From NCBI RefSeq assembly GCF_003334335.1, contig NZ_QOWQ01000057.1: DNA of 17,995 nucleotides. The stretch is one strand, 5' to 3'. The stretch's first letter is position 1. The number at the start of each line of letters is the position of its first letter. This stretch comes from Escherichia coli. Its GTDB lineage: Bacteria; Pseudomonadota; Gammaproteobacteria; Enterobacterales; Enterobacteriaceae. A program made the translations under genes and the position numbers. The notes beneath the pieces are model-generated. The model saw only the letters and a program-made list of their open reading frames with translations, was not told where the DNA came from and searched no databases. Positions 1 to 6,689 of the stretch are shown piece by piece.

Positions 1-40
1 CTGCGATCAGCAGGATCAGCGCGCCGACTATCTGTAACAT
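1..40 (-). CDS. yeeR: 5' end (13 codons) of a YeeR-like inner-membrane protein; the rest lies outside the window
   Basis: The reverse complement of 1-40 reads ATG TTA CAG ATA GTC GGC GCG CTG ATC CTG CTG ATC GCA = MLQIVGALILLIA, a hydrophobic N-terminus. It lies immediately downstream of flu, as yeeR does in the K-12 CP4-44 prophage. The call rests on synteny and a remembered N-terminus, with only 13 codons visible. Confidence 0.45.
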   Translation of the reverse strand, partial: MLQIVGALILLIA

Positions 41-115
41 AGTCACTCCGTGATGAATATCATGTTATTGTTAATGCCAGCGAATGTGGCGTTGAATATC
101 CGTTGCGCCGGTCCG

Positions 116-140
116 GGTCCCGATCATGATGATCGGGACC
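116..140 (-). terminator. Stem-loop between flu stop and the downstream gene (possible terminator or attenuator)
   Basis: Perfect 10-bp inverted repeat ggtcccgatc (116-125) / gatcgggacc (131-140) around the 5-nt loop atgat, about 20 nt after the flu stop codon. No U-run follows on the minus strand, so intrinsic terminator function is uncertain. Confidence 0.25.
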
Positions 141-160
141 ACAAAGAGGCGATGGTTCTG

Positions 161-3007
161 TCAGAAGGTCACATTCAGCGTGGCCTGACCGTTATAGCCT
201 TCAGCGCTGTTGCCGCTGACACTGTGGGCATAACCGGCCTGAACGCCCAGGGTGATATTTTCCCGGACACGGGCTTCCAGTCCGGCCTGCAGGTCCAGTG
301 ACGTGCCATTCCGGGACGGTGAGAACGTCATGTTACTGCCGGCTGCGGCTGTACCCATGCTCATGTCTCCCCGGGAGCTGAAGGTGCGGATAACAGAAGG
401 CTGTACCCACCAGTTCACAGGCAGTTCACTCACACCGTGTTTTGTACTGTCGCGCAGGGTGTCACGGGATGAGGTGCCTTCACCAAAGGTCATATCGTTG
501 TGGCTGCCCAGACGGAAACCGGCACGCACATGTTGTGTACTGCCATGCCCGAACTTCACATAACCGGCGTTATCCTGGCCGTCATCCAGGGAGAGCCCCT
601 GCCAGGTGTACTGCAGTTGTGGCTCCAGCATCAGGTTGTCAGTGATACTGAAGGGCAGACCGGTTTCCAGTGAGCCCAGCCAGCCCCAGCCCCGGGCGCG
701 GAAGTCGTTATTGTCCGATGACGCTTTCATGCTGTGGCGGGTTCCCTGTGCCACAATGTCAGCCCACAGGCCGGAGGACGTGTGTGTCAGATTCAGGTAT
801 CCGCCCAGGCTGCCGGCATCATCCCGGACCGTGCCGGCGCGGGAACCGTCATCATCCTTAACATCAACGGAAGAATGGCCTGCAGCACCATACACCCCTG
901 TCGTCAGAGACATACCGGCAACCTCTGTTCTCAGCAGGTCACCCTCCAGACGGACGAAGCCATAGCTGCCGCTGCTTTCCGGCGTGGCTCCACGGGCAAT
1001 ACCGCCGTTGTTATCGTGACCGAGATGACCGCCCTGAATGCTGAGACGGACGCTGTTATTTTCACCGTTTACACCGGTCTGATGGCTGCGGGAGCCTGCC
1101 AGAATCCGGTCATAGTCCATTGCCTGTGTCAGCATGGATGTATACAGGGGGACTTCAGCACGATAAGCATTTTCACTGCGCAGGTACCAGTCTTCATCGC
1201 TGTCACGGTTCAGGGTGTAGTTAAAGGCGCCGGCCTGAAGCGGGCGACTCAGGGCAAACGCACCTTCTTCTGTGGTGGCGCCATTCTGTGCATCCACAAC
1301 CCGGATACCCTGTCCGGAGGTTGCCACCCCGAGGTTACTGTTTCCGACATTTGTAAACGCAAGCCAGGTTTTGCCGGTTGCCTGACCACCATTAATCACC
1401 AGCTGGTCAGAGGTATTGCTGCCATCAAGGCGAACACGCATATTGATGGTGCCACCCTGACCGGTGAGGTTACTGGTTGTCAGTTTATGGAACGTTACCG
1501 GGGCGTTGCCTTTTGCAACAGCACGGCTCAGTACGGCGTCCGGTGTTGTCTGATTATCAAAGTAAATCTCCCCTGCGTTAACAATATCGCCGGTACTGAC
1601 CACATCACCATTCAGTACCATGCTGGCGCCTTTACTGAGCTGTGTTCTGCCACTCAGACTTCCCCCGGCAGCCAGCATCAGTGTTCCACGATGTCCGACA
1701 GTGGTGTTGCTGGCCTGTCCCCCGGCATTAACCGTAAAGCTGCCGCCATTTTCCAGCAGCAGGCCGCTGGCCTGACCGGATATGCCATCAATACTGAACT
1801 TACCGCTGGCATTGGTCCCCTCAACAGTGGCACCACTGTCTGCAATCAGGGCACCACCGGATGTCATGGTGACACCTGTTGCCTTACCACCGGCAGACAC
1901 TGCCAGGGTACCGCCGTCATCCACCAGTGTTTTCCAGGCTGAATGTCCCTCCAGTACATCCAGGCGACCACCGGACTCCAGAACAACACCGTCAGCCTTA
2001 CCGTTTTCCACCGCGAAATTGCCCAGACGGTTGCTGCCGGTGACGGTTGCCGCCGTACTGGTGACCAGTGCGCCTCCCTGCTTCAGGGTGACATTCGTGG
2101 CTATACCACCGGCGTTCACCTGCAGTTTGCCTTTCTGGTTAACGATGGTGAAATCCGCCAGACCACCTTCCTTGACAATCTGCCAGCCGTCACTGTTCAC
2201 AACAGTGTCAGAGGCTGTACCGCCGTTGTGCACATACTGGTTACCGCCGTTCAGTGTGGTATCCAGCGCGTAGCCATGTACAGTCTGGTCGCCGCCGGCA
2301 TAAACCACAGTGGTATTTGCTGTTCCTTCAGCAGCCACAATCTGACGACCATTTTCATTGATAGTGGTACGTACGGCATTTCCGCGAACAAACTGCCCGG
2401 TATCACCATTTTCTGCATCCGGTCCCCCTTCCGCGCCGGTATTCACAACCGTGTCGGTTGCCATTGCGCCGGATTTGACGGCCTGCCAGCCCTTCTCATT
2501 AATGACGGTACCCGTTGCAATCCCGCCTTCATGTACCCACTGCTCACCGCCGTTCAGAGTGGTGTTCACTGCCTGCCCCTGAAGGCTCTGTCCGCCTCCG
2601 GCACTGATAACCGTGTCTGAAACGCTTCCTCCGGCATTCACTCTCTGAAGACCACCACCGGTGACAGTAGTGTTGTTGGCGATACCGCCATTTTGTATCC
2701 ATTGCCCGCCGGTATTGGCCTCGTTATCCGGCCCATACTCCAGACCGGTACTGATGGTCATTCCGTTGGCCGTACCGAGAACAATCTGGTTGTCATGATT
2801 TGTCAGTGTTCCGCCGTTCACGGTTTCTCCCGCCTGTACAACCGTGTCAGCAGCCAGTGCCGGGACTGATGTGACAGCAGCAAGAGACAGCACAACCGCC
2901 ACACCGGCGCGTTTTCCCCGTGAGCGGGCCAGTTCGGAAGCCACCACCAGGGTGCCCGTAATGTGATTCCATACCAGCCTGTAGCTGGTGTTCAGATGTC
3001 GTTTCAT
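161..3007 (-). CDS. flu: Antigen 43 self-associating autotransporter adhesin (AIDA-I type), 948 aa
   Basis: ORF 161..3082 trimmed to the ATG at 3005-3007. The N-terminus MKRHLNTSYRLVWNHITGTLVVASELARSRGKRAG...VPALA/ADTVV is an extended autotransporter signal peptide. The passenger consists of roughly 19-aa G/T/N/V-rich beta-helix repeats (GGxQxVxxGGxAxxTxVNxxG type). The C-terminal beta-barrel ends ...GQATLNVTF with a terminal aromatic residue. The sequence is recognisably Ag43. Confidence 0.97.
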   Translation of the reverse strand: MKRHLNTSYRLVWNHITGTLVVASELARSRGKRAGVAVVLSLAAVTSVPALAADTVVQAGETVNGGTLTNHDNQIVLGTANGMTISTGLEYGPDNEANTGGQWIQNGGIANNTTVTGGGLQRVNAGGSVSDTVISAGGGQSLQGQAVNTTLNGGEQWVHEGGIATGTVINEKGWQAVKSGAMATDTVVNTGAEGGPDAENGDTGQFVRGNAVRTTINENGRQIVAAEGTANTTVVYAGGDQTVHGYALDTTLNGGNQYVHNGGTASDTVVNSDGWQIVKEGGLADFTIVNQKGKLQVNAGGIATNVTLKQGGALVTSTAATVTGSNRLGNFAVENGKADGVVLESGGRLDVLEGHSAWKTLVDDGGTLAVSAGGKATGVTMTSGGALIADSGATVEGTNASGKFSIDGISGQASGLLLENGGSFTVNAGGQASNTTVGHRGTLMLAAGGSLSGRTQLSKGASMVLNGDVVSTGDIVNAGEIYFDNQTTPDAVLSRAVAKGNAPVTFHKLTTSNLTGQGGTINMRVRLDGSNTSDQLVINGGQATGKTWLAFTNVGNSNLGVATSGQGIRVVDAQNGATTEEGAFALSRPLQAGAFNYTLNRDSDEDWYLRSENAYRAEVPLYTSMLTQAMDYDRILAGSRSHQTGVNGENNSVRLSIQGGHLGHDNNGGIARGATPESSGSYGFVRLEGDLLRTEVAGMSLTTGVYGAAGHSSVDVKDDDGSRAGTVRDDAGSLGGYLNLTHTSSGLWADIVAQGTRHSMKASSDNNDFRARGWGWLGSLETGLPFSITDNLMLEPQLQYTWQGLSLDDGQDNAGYVKFGHGSTQHVRAGFRLGSHNDMTFGEGTSSRDTLRDSTKHGVSELPVNWWVQPSVIRTFSSRGDMSMGTAAAGSNMTFSPSRNGTSLDLQAGLEARVRENITLGVQAGYAHSVSGNSAEGYNGQATLNVTF

Positions 3008-3220
3008 CAGCTTTTCCTTACAGAGGGTGAATAAAAAAGCCGGTACCCACAAATGTGGATACCGGCAGGTACAAAACAGCATGCTCAGATAAAGTGGTTT
3101 TTCCCGGACATAAATGCTTCCCCTCTCTCATCCGCCAGAGAAGTATCAGTCCGTTGTGTGCAATTCCGTTCTGCATGATGAAGAGATTCAGCTGCCTTTT
3201 CGCAGACCATTAACCACTAT

Positions 3221-3262
3221 AAACGATCGATAGTAACTATCGATACCTGTTTTATCGATCGT
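3221..3262 (-). promoter_or_regulatory. agn43 phase-variation switch: OxyR operator overlapping Dam GATC sites
   Basis: A perfect 9-1-9 palindrome atcgatagt-a-actatcgat lies at 3226-3244. On the sense strand it contains ATAGTTACTATCGAT, matching 9 of 10 fixed positions of the OxyR half-site consensus ATAGnTnnnAnCTAT. GATC sites lie at 3225-3228 and 3257-3260, each inside CGATCG. The site sits just downstream of the predicted promoter, as described for agn43. Confidence 0.75.
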
Positions 3263-3265
3263 TTT

Positions 3266-3294
3266 ATTCTATTAACAGTAGAGCAGTCACGCAA
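3266..3294 (-). promoter_or_regulatory. Sigma70 promoter of flu/agn43
   Basis: The sense strand reads TTGCGT (-35, plus-strand 3289-3294), a 17-nt spacer GACTGCTCTACTGTTAA, then TAGAAT (-10, plus-strand 3266-3271). This places +1 just upstream of the GATC/OxyR region and leaves an untranslated leader of about 250 nt before the ATG at 3007. Confidence 0.6.
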
Positions 3295-3379
3295 GAGAAA
3301 CAGGAGGGGCATGAGGTGTTTGTATCATGTTTTCAGTTGGTTAACGCAATGTAATCAGACATTTCCCCTGGCAGACTGT

Positions 3380-4252
3380 TCAGAAGAAAATCCAGTTCCA
3401 TACCGCGCGGGCAACAGAGACCACCGTGTCACGGACGGCACGCAGAACTGTGCGTGCAACAGAGGCAACACAGACGCTCTCCACCGTGTCAAATATCCGG
3501 TCCACCGCACCGGTAAACTGTTCACGGGCCTGCCCCCGGACAGATTCCGTGCACAGCTCGTCCTGCAGGCGGGTCATCAGGGGACTGGCGGCATGGTCGG
3601 GAAGCGCTGTCATGAGCGCACTGACCAGCGTATCCAGTTCCCAGCCGGTGCGGGCCGATACGGCAACAACCGGATGTACGGGCCGGAACAGCCGGAATAC
3701 CGCATCTGTTTTTTCGCGAATGTTCTGTTCCTGTGCGGGAGAAGGCTGAATACCTGCCATATCCCATTCATGGCAGGGCTCTGTTTTGTCGGCCTGCGTC
3801 ACCACAAACAGCACCTGCTGATGTCCCCGGTGCAGTATGTGTCGCCAGAAATACTCATCCACAGACAGGGCACGGTCATCGGCTTTAATCAGCCACAGTA
3901 CCAAGTCCAGTTCAGGCAGAATGTCACGGTACAGGGCTTCATACTCTGCATCCCTGTCCCGGCTCTCGCCCACCCCGGGCAGGTCAGTGATAACCATGCT
4001 GTGACCGTGGCCACTCAGACGGAAGCGCCGCACTTCCCGGGTGCCGGCGTGAACATCACTGACCGGGGTGACCTCCCCCTGAAACAGTGCATTACAGAGT
4101 GAGGATTTACCGGCCCCGCTTTTACCCATAATGCCAATCACGGGTTCGTGACTGGTGAGTTTGCGCAGATGTTCCAGGATGTGACGGGAAAGTGAGTAAG
4201 GCAGGGAGGAGAGCGGTTTTTCAATTGCCTCAATGGCATCAGACGGATTCAT
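3380..4252 (-). CDS. yeeP: YeeP/YkfA/YfjP-family P-loop GTPase (50S ribosome-binding GTPase fold), 290 aa, apparently intact
   Basis: The track ORF 3380..4291 begins at a GTG. I trimmed it to the ATG at 4250-4252 (MNPSDAIEAIEKPL...). It has Walker A GKSGAGKSSLCNALF, a G3-like DLPGVGE and a G4-like TQADK. It lies directly upstream of flu, as yeeP does in CP4-44. Confidence 0.9.
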   Translation of the reverse strand: MNPSDAIEAIEKPLSSLPYSLSRHILEHLRKLTSHEPVIGIMGKSGAGKSSLCNALFQGEVTPVSDVHAGTREVRRFRLSGHGHSMVITDLPGVGESRDRDAEYEALYRDILPELDLVLWLIKADDRALSVDEYFWRHILHRGHQQVLFVVTQADKTEPCHEWDMAGIQPSPAQEQNIREKTDAVFRLFRPVHPVVAVSARTGWELDTLVSALMTALPDHAASPLMTRLQDELCTESVRGQAREQFTGAVDRIFDTVESVCVASVARTVLRAVRDTVVSVARAVWNWIFF

Positions 4253-4405
4253 ACATGTATTCCCGGTGAAAAAAGACAAAACCCCGCGCACCGGAAAAGT
4301 GGCGGGGGACTCACGGAGATAATATCTGCCTAAAATTATTTGGAATGCAGGTATATGCAGCTAATTTGTATCGGCTCATTAGTACAGAACTAAACCTCAT
4401 CTGAC

Positions 4406-4431
4406 AGTCCGCTCTGTGCCAAGAGCGGACT
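4406..4431. terminator. Stem-loop downstream of the GIY-YIG gene (possible terminator)
   Basis: Perfect 10-bp inverted repeat agtccgctct (4406-4415) / agagcggact (4422-4431) with the 6-nt loop gtgcca, 37 nt beyond the stop of the 4468..5412 gene. TTTG follows on the plus strand only, and the minus-strand side has no U-run. Confidence 0.35.
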
Positions 4432-4467
4432 TTGCAAAATGGGGGTTATTTCAATCAAAACGTAACG

Positions 4468-5412
4468 TCACAACCAGCCGACGCTCTCTCGCCATTTATA
4501 ATTAGTAACTTTATCATTTTCGCTTATTTTTTTAGATATAGAGCGCGGCTCTCTTCCTAGATACTCAGATATTTCTATCGGGGACAAATCAAAATCGACA
4601 AGCATGACTCTAAGTTTTTCCATTTCCTTTAAAGTCCAAGGCTTGCCATAATTTTCATAAAGAGATACCTTATGCTCCCTGATAGTTCGCTTTCTCTGAG
4701 TTTCACTTTCCCTCTGAAAAATCTCGCTTTTAAATTGTGAACGGAACTCTTTACAGAAGTTGTTATCAGTTTTTTTGTTATATAGATTGCTAAAAATAAG
4801 CTGGGATGCCGGGTCTAAATCAGGTGTGTTAATAATGAAAACTTTGACCTTTTCCATATAGGGATATTCAATTTTACCCAATATGCTTAATTGCTTTATA
4901 TTAAAAAAACCTCTCAAATCAAAAGATTTAATGAGCTTTGATTGGATTACACTTTCAATCCTGCTTGCATTTGAATAACAGTACTTTGCCATTGGAAGGG
5001 CCCATACTACCAGTTGAGGAATATATTTTTCTAATGCAATGCTCTGCCAATCAGTATCAAAGGTTTGGCTTTTTGCTAGCATGTTTTTCGGCAAATCAGA
5101 ATACATTGTGGTAGATGCCCATATCTTATAATCATTCGCCAAGGCTTGATAGTATTTTGTGTGGTTATGAATTTTATAAGCTGACATGAAGCGATAAACG
5201 TCTTCGTCGTGACCAGCGTCGTAAATTGTTCGATTTCCTCTAAGATAACCGTCGTAATGTTCGGTTATCCTTCTACCTACATTACAACTTACCCCAACGT
5301 AAACCACACGACTGAAAAGTCCTTTATGGACAATAAGATAAACTCCGCTACAGCCAGATTTCCTGGCCTCTGATAGAGAACCTAAAAATCTCCATTCCAT
5401 AATTAAATCCAT
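4468..5412 (-). CDS. Orphan AT-rich gene: divergent GIY-YIG nuclease-like N-terminal domain plus C-terminal Myb/SANT-like HTH tail, 314 aa
   Basis: This is the only long ORF in a visibly AT-rich block. GIY-YIG-like motifs are SGVYLIV (GIY), VVYVGVS (YIG), GRRITEH (conserved Arg/Glu region) and a later RIESVIQ (candidate catalytic Glu). The C-terminal segment GKPWTLKEMEKLRVMLVDFDLSPIEISEYLGREPRSISKKI resembles a Myb/SANT or HTH repeat. The domain calls are by eye only. Confidence 0.75.
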   Translation of the reverse strand: MDLIMEWRFLGSLSEARKSGCSGVYLIVHKGLFSRVVYVGVSCNVGRRITEHYDGYLRGNRTIYDAGHDEDVYRFMSAYKIHNHTKYYQALANDYKIWASTTMYSDLPKNMLAKSQTFDTDWQSIALEKYIPQLVVWALPMAKYCYSNASRIESVIQSKLIKSFDLRGFFNIKQLSILGKIEYPYMEKVKVFIINTPDLDPASQLIFSNLYNKKTDNNFCKEFRSQFKSEIFQRESETQRKRTIREHKVSLYENYGKPWTLKEMEKLRVMLVDFDLSPIEISEYLGREPRSISKKISENDKVTNYKWRESVGWL

Positions 5413-5874
5413 AATTATTGCTACTGTTTTTGTTTATCATTATTTTCGTGAAACTTCAACAATTTTATCCAAAAGCTAAGGGCAAAGACTTATATAATTA
5501 TACTTGTCATCGTTAGCGATTATATAGAGTAGTGGCGCTGACCTGCTCCCTGGTGATTCACACAGAATGCTGTTAGTAATGTCCGTTCCTCGCTCAAAGC
5601 AGACCATTCGCTCAGTTAACGCATCAGTGTCGTGCTAAAAGTAGACGTGGTTAACAACAATGTGAGTTAATCAACGGAGAGCAGGTCAACTCTAACCTGT
5701 ATCAAAAAAACAAATGTGTCACAAAGATGCCGCATGCCTTAATTTGAGTATAATTGAGACGGAAGTAGACGGTTTATGGCTAAATATTGTTGATATATAG
5801 CTATTTGAAGAGTTGTAGCGCAAGTGTATAGCCCAAACTAATAACGCTACGCCCCTTACCTTTGACGCCTCTTA

Positions 5875-6129
5875 TCAAAGAGCGGCGATGATGCACAGCC
5901 CGCACGAGGCAATATTCGCACAAGAATCAGGTTCAGAAATAACCTGATCTGGCATGGTGGGGAGAGTATCACTGAGCAGGCTTTCGGTAAAATGCGGCGG
6001 GATGAGGTCGGCGTGGGTTGCAGCAGTACAATGTCGCCCGCAGAGGGTAAGCCACAGCGCGGGATCCTCGGTTTCTATCAGGGATTCGACGAAGTGGGCG
6101 CAGTTGTCGACCAAGGCGGTGAAATCCAT
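5875..6129 (-). CDS. Hypothetical protein (84 aa from MDFTALVDNCAHFVESL...), function unknown, possibly not a real gene
   Basis: ORF 5875..6183 trimmed to the ATG at 6127-6129. GC content looks similar to the hsd block. No convincing Shine-Dalgarno sequence is present, and a TATAAT lies immediately upstream on the sense strand. I recognised no motif. Confidence 0.3.
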   Translation of the reverse strand: MDFTALVDNCAHFVESLIETEDPALWLTLCGRHCTAATHADLIPPHFTESLLSDTLPTMPDQVISEPDSCANIASCGLCIIAAL

Positions 6130-6360
6130 AGTGACATTATAAGGAAACGAACAATAGATCGAGTAAATCGCAGTCAGGGACAAGGATTGTAGTCATAGAG
6201 AAGTCTCCTGTAACGGTTTTCAGGAAGCTAATCCCGACGCCTGATTTTGCAGGCGCGGAAGGAGAAGATACTGCGGCCATTAATCCGCCACAAGGCATTT
6301 ACGTGCATAAATCGCGCAGTCAAATCCGACTCCCACTGTAGTTCTTGAACCTGATACCAC

Positions 6361-6378
6361 ATTTAGCTAATTTAGCTA
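6361..6378. repeat. Tandem direct repeat ATTTAGCTA x2 (each with palindromic core TAGCTA), candidate operator
   Basis: The sequence atttagcta atttagcta occupies 6361-6378. It is followed by TATTAT (6386-6391, a -10-like hexamer) and the ATG of the small ORF at 6405. Confidence 0.6.
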
Positions 6379-6404
6379 ACTTATCTATTATACCAGTGGT
6401 TGCC

Positions 6405-6650
6405 ATGAATATGAATGAAGACGAGATTTATCGCCATATCCGGCAGGCACTTTCCAGTGCGCCTCGTAACCAGTACACCGTCGAGCTGCACCTGCAAATG
6501 ATTAAATATGCCGACAAACTGGAACACATTACGGCAAAAGCCTTTTGCGAAGGCACTGGTCTGAACCAGAGCCTCGGTACCGAATTCAGCAAAATGCGTA
6601 ACTTAACCCATCGGTTAAAGGCCGCCGGTCTGAATACCGATCTGCTGTAA
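6405..6650 (+). CDS. Small (81 aa) HTH-like protein at the head of the hsd operon; candidate regulator
   Basis: The track ORF starts at a TTG (6345). The first ATG is at 6405 (MNMNEDEIYRHIRQAL...). The segment ITAKAFCEGTGLNQSLGTEFSKMRNL looks like a helix-turn-helix. The gene is co-directional with hsdM and ends 39 nt before it. Confidence 0.55.
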   Translation: MNMNEDEIYRHIRQALSSAPRNQYTVELHLQMIKYADKLEHITAKAFCEGTGLNQSLGTEFSKMRNLTHRLKAAGLNTDLL

Positions 6651-6689
6651 CCGACTTACGGCACATTATCGCGCAAAACGAGATATTTA

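Noticed and set aside
50-2620. Many plus-strand ORFs overlapping flu (for example 734..1942 at 402 aa, 1943..2620 at 225 aa, 1782..2273, 252..563, 606..965)
   Set aside because: They lie antisense to, or out of frame with, a confidently identified Ag43 gene. Their translations are low-complexity (Cys/Gly/Thr/Ala/Pro-rich), with no motifs and no Shine-Dalgarno sequences. Long spurious antisense ORFs are expected opposite a repeat-rich, stop-poor coding sequence.
3008-3082. A 25-codon N-terminal extension of the flu ORF (MLFCTCRYPHLWVPAFLFTLCKEKL)
   Set aside because: The canonical autotransporter extended signal peptide begins at MKRHLNTSYRLVWN (ATG at 3007). The extension is not signal-peptide-like, and the region upstream is the known long leader.
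3036-3260. A possible IsrC-like small RNA in the yeeP-flu intergenic region or flu leader
   Set aside because: K-12 annotates isrC just upstream of flu, so a homologue may exist here. I cannot define its ends or structure from the sequence alone, and it overlaps what I interpret as the flu 5' leader. It is therefore not reported as a feature.
3311-4102. Plus-strand 263-aa ORF and other ORFs (3426..3749 plus strand, 3522..3767 minus strand) overlapping the GTPase gene
   Set aside because: They are antisense to, or out of frame with, a gene that has clear P-loop GTPase motifs. Their translations have no recognisable features.
5539-5688. 10-bp inverted repeat tgacctgctc / gagcaggtca flanking about 130 bp (possible MITE or ncRNA)
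   Set aside because: A single 10-bp inverted repeat at this spacing is expected by chance a few times in 18 kb. There are no flanking target duplications and no further structure.
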